NCBI GenBank assembly: GCA_035651955.1
Contig: DASRES010000024.1
Location: 12,482-76,481, forward strand
Length of the DNA stretch: 64,000 nucleotides
Direction: 5' to 3'
DNA from: Acidimicrobiia bacterium
Lineage (GTDB): Bacteria; Actinomycetota; Acidimicrobiia; IMCC26256; JAMXLJ01
The notes under the pieces are model-generated. The model did not search any database, was not told the DNA's origin, and saw only the letters and a program-made list of their open reading frames with translations. Shown here one piece after another: positions 8,880 to 17,155 of this stretch. Both the position numbers and the translations under genes were made by a program. Each line of letters starts with the position of its first letter. The stretch's first letter is position 1.

Positions 8880-9800
8880 ATGCGGTACGGCCTGACCATC
8901 GACACCTCGCGCCGGATCCCCGACGTCGTCGCGCAGGTCCGCGCCGTGCGCGACGCGGGCCTCGCGTCGGCGACGGTCTCGCACATCTTCGGCTACGACG
9001 CGCTGACGCTGCTCGGGATCGTCGGCGCCCAGGTGCCCGACGTCGAGCTCGTCACCGGGGTCGTGCCGACGTACACGCGCCACCCGATCGCGATGGCGCA
9101 GCAGGCCCTGACCGTGCAAGCGGCGAGCGGCGGACGGCTGACGCTCGGCATCGGGCTGTCGCACCAGATCGTCATCGAGGGGATGTACGGCTACTCGTTC
9201 GACAAGCCGGCGCGTCACATGCGCGAGTACCTGCACGCGCTGATGCCGTTGCTGCGCCACGAGCAGGTGTCGTACGAGGGCGAGACGCTCACCGCACGCA
9301 CGATCGGCCCGCTCGAGATCGACGCGCCCGCGCCCGACGTGCTCGTCGCCGCCCTCGCGCCGACGATGCTGCGGCTCGCGGGCACGCTCGCGGACGGCAC
9401 GATCACGTGGATGACGGGACCGGCGACGCTCGCGGACCACATCGTCCCGTCGATCACGCGCGCCGCCGCGGATGCCGGGCGGCGCGCGCCGCGTGTCGCG
9501 TGCAGTCTCCCCGTCTGCGTCACGAACGACCCCGACGGGGCACGCGAGCGCGCCGGGAAGGTGTTCTCGATCTACGGGACGCTGCCGTCGTACCGGGCGA
9601 TGCTCGACCGCGAGGGCGCGGAAGGTCCCGGGGCGGTCGCCGTCGTCGGCGACGAGGACGCCATCGCTCGTCAGCTCACGACCGTCGCCGACGCCGGCGT
9701 GACCGAGTTCGCCGCCGCGCCCTACGGCTCACGCGAGGAGCGTGAGCGCACGTTCACGTTGCTGACGCAGCTCGCACGTTCCACCGAGTCGAGTCGCTGA
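8880..9800 (+). CDS. LLM-class (luciferase-like) F420-dependent oxidoreductase
   Basis: 306-aa TIM-barrel LLM pattern (LTLGIGLSHQIVIEGMYG...). It resembles the F420-dependent subclass common in actinobacteria. Confidence 0.8.
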   Translation: MRYGLTIDTSRRIPDVVAQVRAVRDAGLASATVSHIFGYDALTLLGIVGAQVPDVELVTGVVPTYTRHPIAMAQQALTVQAASGGRLTLGIGLSHQIVIEGMYGYSFDKPARHMREYLHALMPLLRHEQVSYEGETLTARTIGPLEIDAPAPDVLVAALAPTMLRLAGTLADGTITWMTGPATLADHIVPSITRAAADAGRRAPRVACSLPVCVTNDPDGARERAGKVFSIYGTLPSYRAMLDREGAEGPGAVAVVGDEDAIARQLTTVADAGVTEFAAAPYGSREERERTFTLLTQLARSTESSR

Positions 9801-9814
9801 CGCGGCGCCCGCGG

Positions 9815-11014
9815 TCACCCCCGCTCGGTGCCGACCACCGAGATGAACGACACCATCTCGCCCGGGTAGCCACCGAGGTTGTGCGTGAGCGCGAGGTTCC
9901 GGCTGCCGTACGTCGAGATGCGCCGCTCCTCGGGGGCCTCGCCGCGGAGCTGCAGCCACGCCTCGAACATCATCCGCACGCCGGACGCACCGACGGGGTG
10001 ACCGAAGCTCTTGAGCCCGCCGTCAGGGTTGACGGGAAGGTCGCCGTCGAGGTCGAAGGCGCCGTCGAGCTCCTCCTTCCACGCCGTGCCCCGCTCGCAG
10101 AACCCGAGGTCCTCCATGAGCACGAGCTCGGTCGGCGTGAAGCAGTCGTGCACCTCCGCCATGGCGAGCTGCCGGCGCGGATCGCTGACCCCCGCCTGCG
10201 CGTACGCGTCCTTCGCGCACTCCACGATCTCCGGGAACGTCGTGTAGTCGTAGGACGGGTCGGTGGATCCCGAGCCGTTCCCCGCGATCATCGAGAGCGC
10301 CTTGATGTACAGCGGCTTGTCCGTGTAGCGCTCGGCGTCCTCGGCCCGCACGACGATCGCGGCGGCGGACCCGTCGGCGACGCCCGCGCAGTCGAACACG
10401 GACAGGTCGCCCGCGACGCGCGGCATCGCGCACAGCTGCTCCACCGACATCTCGCGCCGGAACTGCGCGCGCTCGTTGCGCGCGCCGTTGTGGTGGTTCT
10501 TCGACGCGATGCGGGCGAGCACCTTCTTGAGCTCGTCCATCGGGACGCCGTACTTCTTCGAGTACGCGGGCGCGACCATCGAGTACATCGCGGCCGCGGT
10601 GAGCGTGCGGTTCGTGCCGTCGGTCGGGGCGTGCCCCGCGCCGCTGAGGCCCTGGAGCCCGGTGTCCTTCACCTTCTCGACGCCGACCGCCATCGCCATG
10701 TCGTACGCACCGCTCGCGACGGCGTACGCAGCCTGGCGCAGCGCCTCGGAGCCGGTCGCGCAGAAGTTCTCGACGCGGGTGACCGGCTTGCCCTCGAGCT
10801 GGAGGGGCATCGCGAGCGTCATCCCGCTGTTGCCCGACATCGCGGTACCGAGCCAGTACGCGTCGACGTCGTCCTTCGTGACACCCGCCGACTTGAACGC
10901 CTCGTCGGTCGCATCGATCATCAGCTCGTCGGCGCCCTTGTCCCAGCGCTCGCCGAAGCGCGTGCACCCCATGCCGACGATCGCGACGCGGTCCTTGATC
11001 CCGTGCGAGCCCAT
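9815..11014 (-). CDS. SCP2-type thiolase (acetyl-CoA acetyltransferase-like)
   Basis: The true start is the ATG at 11014 (MGSHGIKDRVAIVGMGCTRFGERW). The active-site region is NFCATGSEAL, with an HDCF fingerprint (EVHDCFTPTE) and GHPVGASG. The N-terminal 400 codons of ORF 9815..12223 are an artefact. Confidence 0.9.
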   Translation of the reverse strand: MGSHGIKDRVAIVGMGCTRFGERWDKGADELMIDATDEAFKSAGVTKDDVDAYWLGTAMSGNSGMTLAMPLQLEGKPVTRVENFCATGSEALRQAAYAVASGAYDMAMAVGVEKVKDTGLQGLSGAGHAPTDGTNRTLTAAAMYSMVAPAYSKKYGVPMDELKKVLARIASKNHHNGARNERAQFRREMSVEQLCAMPRVAGDLSVFDCAGVADGSAAAIVVRAEDAERYTDKPLYIKALSMIAGNGSGSTDPSYDYTTFPEIVECAKDAYAQAGVSDPRRQLAMAEVHDCFTPTELVLMEDLGFCERGTAWKEELDGAFDLDGDLPVNPDGGLKSFGHPVGASGVRMMFEAWLQLRGEAPEERRISTYGSRNLALTHNLGGYPGEMVSFISVVGTERG

Positions 11015-12420
11015 CAGGACGCTCCTCTCTCTCCGGTCCCTCCGGTACGGACCGGCCGGGCCTTCCAGAAGTAATTGTGGATCCCGTCGGCGGTGAACAA
11101 CCGGCGGAACGTCATCTCCACCCGTCCCCCGATCGCGACCTCGTCGGGATCGACGTCCGTGAGCTCGACGGGAAGCCGGCCGCCGCCGTCGAAGTCGACC
11201 ACGACGAACACGATCGGCGGGCTGGGCGAGTACGCGAGGCGGTCGACGGTGAACGTCACGACCGTTCCGGCCGCGTCGGCCATCGGTCGGACGTCGCGGT
11301 CGAGCGGCGCGGGCGGCAGGTGCACCGTCCCGTCGCCACCCTCGGAGCCGACGAACGCGAACTTCCAGTCGATCGAACGGGCCGCGGCAGACGCGCTCGG
11401 GCGCGCCGGCTCGGGACGCCGGGGCGGCTCGACGGGGAGCAGGCCGCGCCACGCGAGGTACTTGCCGTACGCGATCGGGCCGCCCGCCGCGATCTGGTCG
11501 GCGACCGTGCGGGTCGTCGTGTGCGACGCGAGCGCGTCGGTCGTACGGAACAGCGCGACGTCCGCGCCGTCGGCGAGCGCGACGAGCGCGATCACCTGAC
11601 CGGGACGGGCGCGCTCGAGCGTCGCCGACAGCAGCAGCGCGGGGTGCGCGGCGCCGGTGTTGCCGACGGTTGTCGCGAGCGTGTCGACCACGCGGTCGGC
11701 CGCGACGCCCGTCTTCTTCGCGACGGCGGTGACCGCGCGCGCATGCGTCCCCGCGACGACGAGGTGGTCGACCTGGTCGGCCGTCAGCGAGGCCGCCTTC
11801 AGCGCGTCCTCCCACGCCTCGATGCCCAGGCTCGTGTAGTGGTTCTCGCCGAAGCGCTCCTCCCACAGCTTCGAGCGGCTGTCGCCCGGCGTGCGCCAGC
11901 GGTCGAGGAACTCCTCGCTCACGCTGGACCACGCGAGCAGCTCCGCGACGACGGGCCCGTCGCCGTCGTCGCCGACGACGAGCGCGGCCGCGCCGTCGCC
12001 CCCAGCCGCCTCGTCGGGACCGCCCGGCAGCCCACCCCGGAGGTCCGCGGCGACCACGAGCGTGGCCCGGTCCGACTCGAGGCCGGCACGCAACGCGCCG
12101 ACGGCGGACCGCACGGCACCGATCGCGTCGTATGCGGACGCGCGCGACGGCAGCCGCAGTGCCGCGTGCAGCGCGGTCGCGTTCGTCTTGTCGAGGTACG
12201 GCGGCGACACGGTGGCGAACCACACCGCGTCCGGCTCGACCTCGGGTGCCGACCGCAGCGCGACTCTCGCGGCTTCGACACCCATCGTCGTCGCGTCCTC
12301 GTCGTAGGACGCGACGGTGCGTGTGCCCTTCCCTCCCCCGGTGCCCGCGACAGCCGCGATCGTCGAACGGTCGAGCCGCCGGTACGGCAGGTAGGTCCCC
12401 CAGCTCAAGATCCCTCGCAT
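11014..12420 (-). CDS. HMG-CoA-synthase/KAS-III-like domain fused to DUF35-type OB-fold; entirely cysteine-free
   Basis: MRGILSWGTYLPYRRLDRSTIAAVAG...ASYDEDATTMGVEAAR is the condensing-enzyme-like N-terminal domain. The C-terminal segment ...GTVVTFTVDRLAYSPSPPIVFVVVDFDGGGRLPVELTDVDPDEVAIGGRVEMTF is the OB-fold. Its stop shares 1 nt with the thiolase ATG (TGATG). Confidence 0.8.
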   Translation of the reverse strand: MRGILSWGTYLPYRRLDRSTIAAVAGTGGGKGTRTVASYDEDATTMGVEAARVALRSAPEVEPDAVWFATVSPPYLDKTNATALHAALRLPSRASAYDAIGAVRSAVGALRAGLESDRATLVVAADLRGGLPGGPDEAAGGDGAAALVVGDDGDGPVVAELLAWSSVSEEFLDRWRTPGDSRSKLWEERFGENHYTSLGIEAWEDALKAASLTADQVDHLVVAGTHARAVTAVAKKTGVAADRVVDTLATTVGNTGAAHPALLLSATLERARPGQVIALVALADGADVALFRTTDALASHTTTRTVADQIAAGGPIAYGKYLAWRGLLPVEPPRRPEPARPSASAAARSIDWKFAFVGSEGGDGTVHLPPAPLDRDVRPMADAAGTVVTFTVDRLAYSPSPPIVFVVVDFDGGGRLPVELTDVDPDEVAIGGRVEMTFRRLFTADGIHNYFWKARPVRTGGTGERGAS

Positions 12421-12449
12421 GGAGGGGAGGCTACCGCCGCGTTCGTAGG

Positions 12450-13700
12450 ATGACCCATATGAGGCTCGGAGACGTCGCCAACCCGGACGCGCAACGGTTC
12501 GGCAAGCCGCTCGACGGCGTGCGCGTGCTCGCGCTCGAGCAGATGCAGGCGCTGCCGTTCGCGACGCAGCTGCTCGCCCGGCTCGGCGCCGACGTCGTGA
12601 AGGTCGAGCCGCCGGGAACGGGCGACAGCGGGCGCGGGTCCCTCCCCGCGATGACCGACCCCGAGGGGCGCCGCGTCGGCGCGACGTTCCTCCGCAACAA
12701 CCTCAGCAAGCGCAGCGTCACCGTGAACCTCCGCGACCCGCGTGGTCGCGATCTCGTCCTCGCGCTCGCGCCCCGCTTCGACGTGATCGCGGAGAACTCG
12801 AAAGCGGGGTCGATGCGCAAGCTCGGTCTCGGCTACGAGGACCTCGCCCGTGTGCACCCCTCGTGCATCTACGTCTCGGTGTCGGGGTTCGGGAACACCG
12901 TCGACACGCCGTACGCGGGCTGGCCTGCGTTCGCGGCCGTCGCCGAGGCGATGTCCGGCATCTACGAGATGAAGCGCGTCGGCGACGCGCCGCCGATCGT
13001 CAACCCGGTGGGCGCGCTCGGCGACATCGGCGCCGCGATGTTCGCGACGATCGGGGTGCTCGCCGCGCTCCGTCACCGCGACCGCACCGGTGAGGGCCAG
13101 TACGTCGACATCGCGATGCTGGACTCGGTGATCGCGATGACCGACATCGTCGCGAACTTCTGGTCGATGGGTCTGCGCAACGGCGATCTCGGCCCGCTGA
13201 TCCTCCACGGCTTCCGGGCCAAGGACGGTTGGTTCATCGTGCAGGTCGGCCGCGAGCAGCACTTCGCGAAGCTCGTCGAGGTGATCGGTCATCCGGAGTG
13301 GGTCGAGGACGCGCGCTTCGCGTCGCGTCAGGGATGGCTCGACCACCTCGAGGACGTCCTGCGGCCCGCGATCGAGGAGTGGGCGTCGACGCGCACGAAG
13401 GTCGAGGCGTGCGAGGCACTCGGCGCCGCCGGGATCGCGGCGGGACCGTGCCTCGCCGACGAGGAGATCGTCGCCGACCCGCACGTCGCCGCCCGCGACA
13501 TGCTCGTCGAGATGCCGCGCACCGACGGCGTCGCGCAGCCCGTCCTCACACCGGGGAACCCCGTGAAGATGAGCAAGGTCGCCGAGGGCCCCGAGTCACG
13601 CGTGCCGTGGCTGGGTGAGCACACCGACGCCGTGCTGCGCGACGAGCTCGGGCTGAGCGACACGGAGCTCGCGCAGCTCCACGCCGACGGCGTGATCTGA
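12450..13700 (+). CDS. CaiB/BaiF family (class III) CoA-transferase
   Basis: The ATG at 12450 (or 12459) gives MTHMRLGD...LDGVRVLALEQMQALPFATQLLARLGADVVKVEPPGTGDSGR, a family III CoA-transferase N-terminus. Confidence 0.9.
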   Translation: MTHMRLGDVANPDAQRFGKPLDGVRVLALEQMQALPFATQLLARLGADVVKVEPPGTGDSGRGSLPAMTDPEGRRVGATFLRNNLSKRSVTVNLRDPRGRDLVLALAPRFDVIAENSKAGSMRKLGLGYEDLARVHPSCIYVSVSGFGNTVDTPYAGWPAFAAVAEAMSGIYEMKRVGDAPPIVNPVGALGDIGAAMFATIGVLAALRHRDRTGEGQYVDIAMLDSVIAMTDIVANFWSMGLRNGDLGPLILHGFRAKDGWFIVQVGREQHFAKLVEVIGHPEWVEDARFASRQGWLDHLEDVLRPAIEEWASTRTKVEACEALGAAGIAAGPCLADEEIVADPHVAARDMLVEMPRTDGVAQPVLTPGNPVKMSKVAEGPESRVPWLGEHTDAVLRDELGLSDTELAQLHADGVI

Positions 13701-13735
13701 CCGCCGCCCATCGTCGGTTGGTACACAACTCGCGG

Positions 13736-14227
13736 TCAGGGGCGCGACTCGTGTACCAACGCGGCGTCGGTCGCGGTGAGCCCGCGGACGATCGCCTCCG
13801 AGATCTCGCGCAGCTGGCGGACCTGCTCCGGCGTGAGCGCGTCGAACAGGGCGTGGCGGACGCACTCGACGTGCCCGGGCGCGGCCGCCTCGAGCGTGGC
13901 GAACCCCTCGTCGGTGAGGACCGCCACCTGGCCGCGGCGGTCGGTCGGGCAGCTGTCACGCCGGACCCAACCCTGCTCCTCCAGCCGGGCGACCGCGTGG
14001 GACAGCCTGCTGCGCGAGTACTTCGACGCTGACGCGAGGTCGCTCATCCGGAGGTGCCGGCCGGGCGCCTCCGACAGCCGCACCAGGATCTCGTAGTAGG
14101 CGTGCGGGATCTCGGCCTCCCGCTGGAGCTGCTGGTCGACGACCTCGAAGAGCAGGCGGTTGGCGTTCAGGAACGCCCGCCAGGCCCGCTGCTCCTCCCT
14201 GTCCAGCCAGCGTGGCTCCTCACCCAT
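13736..14227 (-). CDS. MarR family transcriptional regulator
   Basis: YYEILVRLSEAPGRHLRMSDLASASKYSRSRLSHAVARLEEQGWVRRDSCPTDRRGQVAVLTDEG is a winged-HTH MarR core. Confidence 0.9.
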   Translation of the reverse strand: MGEEPRWLDREEQRAWRAFLNANRLLFEVVDQQLQREAEIPHAYYEILVRLSEAPGRHLRMSDLASASKYSRSRLSHAVARLEEQGWVRRDSCPTDRRGQVAVLTDEGFATLEAAAPGHVECVRHALFDALTPEQVRQLREISEAIVRGLTATDAALVHESRP

Positions 14228-14259
14228 GGCCCGATGGTACCGCCGGGAAGCGGGAATGG

Positions 14260-14307
14260 TTGAGCGCTCAAGAGGGTTGGGTAGAACTGTTCTGGTTGAG
14301 CCCTCAA
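14260..14307. promoter_or_regulatory. Two MarR-type boxes (TTGAGCGCTCAA perfect palindrome; TTGAGCCCTCAA) flanking the AGAACTGTTCT palindrome
   Basis: The boxes lie at 14260-14271 and 14296-14307, each preceded by GG. The inner palindrome is at 14283-14293. All sit in the 119-bp gap between the divergent MarR and YceI genes. Confidence 0.6.
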
Positions 14308-14346
14308 TCAGATTGCCGTCACCGAACCACCGAACCGGAGGCCGCC

Positions 14347-14919
14347 ATGACCCTCACCGACACGACCGCCCAGATCCCCGGATACGTCCCCGGCACGTGG
14401 ACGATCGACCCCAGCCACTCGCACGTCGAGTTCAGCGTCCGCCACATGATGGTCAGCAAGGTGCGCGGGCACTTCAGCCGCTTCTCGGGCCAGGTCGTCA
14501 CCGCGTCCGACCCGCTCGCGTCGTCCGTGACCGCCGAGATCGACCTGACGTCGATCGACACCGGGAACGAGCAACGCGACGCGCACATCCGCAGCGCGGA
14601 CTTCTTCGACGCCGAGGAGAACCGCACGATGTCGTACCGGTCGACGGGCATCCGTCGCGACGGCGACGACTTCGTGCTCGACGGCGTGCTGACGCTCAAG
14701 GGCGTCACGCGTCCGGTCCCGCTGCACCTCGAGCTGAACGGCTTCGGCGCCGACGCGTGGGGCGGCACGCGTGCGGGGTTCAGCGCGACGGGCGAGATCA
14801 ACCGGCGGGACTTCGGGGTCAACTGGAACGCGGCGATCGAGGGCGGCGGCGTCGTGGTCGGCGACAAGGTGTCGATCCAGCTCGAGATCGAGGCGGTCCT
14901 CGACAGTCCCGACGCGTGA
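14347..14919 (+). CDS. YceI family (polyisoprenoid-binding) protein
   Basis: The ATG at 14347 gives MTLTDTTAQIPGYVPGTWTIDPSHSHVEFSVRHMMVSKVRGHFSRFSG, the YceI signature. Confidence 0.9.
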   Translation: MTLTDTTAQIPGYVPGTWTIDPSHSHVEFSVRHMMVSKVRGHFSRFSGQVVTASDPLASSVTAEIDLTSIDTGNEQRDAHIRSADFFDAEENRTMSYRSTGIRRDGDDFVLDGVLTLKGVTRPVPLHLELNGFGADAWGGTRAGFSATGEINRRDFGVNWNAAIEGGGVVVGDKVSIQLEIEAVLDSPDA

Positions 14920-14985
14920 CAGTGCCGGGGCCGCGCGATGAACTGTCCTCGCGCGGCCCCACCGCACTCGCGAACGAGGTGCACG

Positions 14986-15510
14986 ATGCCCATCACCCGT
15001 CTGAACCACGCCGTCCTCTACGTGCGTGACGTGGCGCGCAGCGTCGCGTTCTACACCGAGGTGCTGGGGTTCCGTCGCGTCGACATGACGCCCGACGGGT
15101 TCCACGGCGCCGCGTTCCTGCAGGCGCCCGGCTCGACCAACGACCACGACATCGGGCTGTTCGAGATCGGCGCGGGGGCCGGCCCCTCGGCCGCGGGACG
15201 CTCGACCGTCGGCCTCTACCACCTCGCGTGGGAGGTGGACACGCTCGCAGAGCTCGAGCGCCTCGCCGGTCGCCTCGGTGACGCGGGCGCGCTGGTGGGC
15301 GCGTCGGACCACGGGACGACGAAGAGCCTCTACGCCAAGGACCCCGACGGGATCGAGTTCGAGGTCGCGTGGATCGTGCCCGCCGACCGCCTCGACGACG
15401 CGGCCCGCGACGCGCGGACGCGCATCGGCCCGCTCGACCTCCGCGGCGAGATCGCGCGCTACGGCGCCGACACCCGCGGCGGCGTCGGCATCTCCATCCC
15501 GACCGGCTGA
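14986..15510 (+). CDS. VOC/glyoxalase-bleomycin-resistance-dioxygenase family protein
   Basis: The ATG at 14986 gives MPITRLNHAVLYVRDVARSVAFYTEVLGFRRV, a VOC fold motif. Confidence 0.85.
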   Translation: MPITRLNHAVLYVRDVARSVAFYTEVLGFRRVDMTPDGFHGAAFLQAPGSTNDHDIGLFEIGAGAGPSAAGRSTVGLYHLAWEVDTLAELERLAGRLGDAGALVGASDHGTTKSLYAKDPDGIEFEVAWIVPADRLDDAARDARTRIGPLDLRGEIARYGADTRGGVGISIPTG

Positions 15511-15664
15511 GCGCGCCGGGAGGCGGGACATCTCGTCGAGGTGAGCCCGCCCGCACGCGTCCCGCGCCGGGGGGACGGCGCGGACGCGCGCGAGCCGGCC
15601 CCTGCCCCACCGTCAGTTCGGCGCCGCCCGGCCACGCGGATCACCCCGGCCGTACGATGGCGGC

Positions 15665-15877
15665 ATGCGGTGCCCGGTGTGCGGCGTCGACGGCCGTGAC
15701 GGCCACCGCGCGCTCGCCGCGCACCTCACCGAGCAGGCCGCGCGCAGTGACGGGGCGCACGTCATGTGGCTGAACCGGAACGTGACCAAGGAGCGCGTCG
15801 GCGTCGACGAGCTCGCCGCGCTCCTCCGCGAGCTGGCGGAGACGGGCGCGACCCGTGCGACGCGGGTGAAGCGGTGA
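15665..15877 (+). CDS. 70-aa protein with N-terminal CxxC (MRCPVCG...), function unknown
   Basis: The ORF is in the track. TACGAT at 15653-15658 lies exactly 6 nt before the ATG (leaderless geometry). Its stop overlaps the next gene's start as GTGA. Confidence 0.55.
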   Translation: MRCPVCGVDGRDGHRALAAHLTEQAARSDGAHVMWLNRNVTKERVGVDELAALLRELAETGATRATRVKR

Positions 15878-16611
15878 CCGCGGACGCGGTGCGTCGCCGC
15901 GTCGAGGAGGCCGTCGTCGACGGCTGGTTCCGGCATCCGCCCGAGATCGTGCGTGTGATGTCGACGGCGCCCACACCCGCGGTCGCGCGCGCCTTCGTCT
16001 ACGAGTGGACGAAGTTCTCGCGCCGGTTCCCTCGCTGGGTGGGCGCGGTCGTGTCGAACTGCCCGCACTTCGACGTGATCGCGTTCGAGGTCGAGAACCT
16101 GATGTCGGAGGTCGTGCGGGATCCGGCGGCGGGCACCAACCACTACGAGCTGTTGATCCGTCTCGGGACGGGCGCGGGATCCGACCGGTCGACGATCGAG
16201 GCCCACGAGTCGAGTGGCGCGGCGCGCGACGCGTTCGCGTGGTGGTGGGAGATGGCCCGCCAACCGGACTGGCTCTTGGGCTTCACCGCGATCAACGGGC
16301 TGGAGATCCTCGGCGACCGCGCGCTCCCGCGTGCGTACGGGCTCGCGCAGGGGACCGGGCTCGCGCCCGACCCGTGGGCCGCGACCGGGATCGCTCCCGA
16401 TGCGCTCGAGTTCTTCCGCGTGAGCGACGAGGCGGACGCGGGGCACGGCAGCGAGACGGTCGACATCATCGCCCGCTACACGCCGGCCGAACGTGCGGAC
16501 GAGGTGCTCGGCGTGCTGGACGAGTCGATGCACCGTCTGCGGAAGATGATGGACGCGATGTGGGAGCTCGCGGGCGCCCTCGAGCAGGAGGAGCGCGTTG
16601 GCCGCCGGTGA
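15874..16611 (+). CDS. Heme-oxygenase-like diiron/iron-containing redox enzyme family protein (PqqC/TenA/CADD-like helical fold)
   Basis: The GTG at 15874 is in frame with ORF 15766..16611. The carboxylate/His pattern is FEVENLMSEVV...NHYELLIRLG ... WWWEMA ... FFRVSDEADAGHGSE, as seen in Haem_oxygenase_2-type proteins (recalled, not searched). Confidence 0.65.
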   Translation: MTADAVRRRVEEAVVDGWFRHPPEIVRVMSTAPTPAVARAFVYEWTKFSRRFPRWVGAVVSNCPHFDVIAFEVENLMSEVVRDPAAGTNHYELLIRLGTGAGSDRSTIEAHESSGAARDAFAWWWEMARQPDWLLGFTAINGLEILGDRALPRAYGLAQGTGLAPDPWAATGIAPDALEFFRVSDEADAGHGSETVDIIARYTPAERADEVLGVLDESMHRLRKMMDAMWELAGALEQEERVGRR

Positions 16612-16684
16612 CCCGTGCGCGCTGTGCGGGTCGACCTGGGGCGACACGGACCGCGAGATCGAGGGCGTCTGGTACCACTTCTGA
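16598..16684 (+). CDS. Candidate 28-aa peptide MAAGDPCALCGSTWGDTDREIEGVWYHF (TTG start)
   Basis: AGGAGG lies 6 nt upstream of the TTG at 16598. The ORF overlaps the last 14 nt of the upstream gene and is too short for the ORF track. Third positions are G/C-rich. It is followed by TGA TGA. Confidence 0.3.
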   Translation: MAAGDPCALCGSTWGDTDREIEGVWYHF

Positions 16685-16696
16685 TGAGGCTTGTGA

Positions 16697-16879
16697 GCCG
16701 ACGCCTTCGCCGGCCTGGCCGCGCATCTCGCGCAGCGCCTCGGTGACGGCGTCGTCGTCCGGTCGGACGACGTCGACGGGAACACGGTCTCGGGAACGGT
16801 CGTCCACGACGGTGTGACGCACGCGTTCCGCGCCGAGATGAGCGACGACGGCGAGGTGCTGACGTGCGAGATCGAGTGA
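16697..16879 (+). pseudogene. Start-less coding remnant (...ADAFAGLAAHLAQRLGDGVVVRSDDVDGNTVSGTVVHDGVTHAFRAEMSDDGEVLTCEIE*)
   Basis: These are 60 codons in the same frame as the 28-aa ORF. Almost every third position is G/C. There is no ATG, GTG or TTG at the 5' end, and the frame is preceded by TGA TGA GGC TTG TGA. Confidence 0.35.
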
Positions 16880-17155
16880 CCCGCGACGTTTGCGACGTTC
16901 GGCGTTGGCCCTGAGCCGGCGATCTGGGGCAGTTGAGCAGACCCGAGCGATGCCGTGCAGTTCTCGAGCGTTAGAACTCCAGCCGGCACAGCGCTCCCGC
17001 CGGACTACGTCGACAGTTCGGCCCCGCGCGACCACCAGGCCTCGGCGGCGGTCATGGCGCTCTCGGCCTCGCGGATGCCGCCGCCCACGAGCCCCGTGGT
17101 GGCAGCCCAGTGCAGGGGTACCAGGGCGAGAGGGGAAACGTTCCCTGACGTGGCA

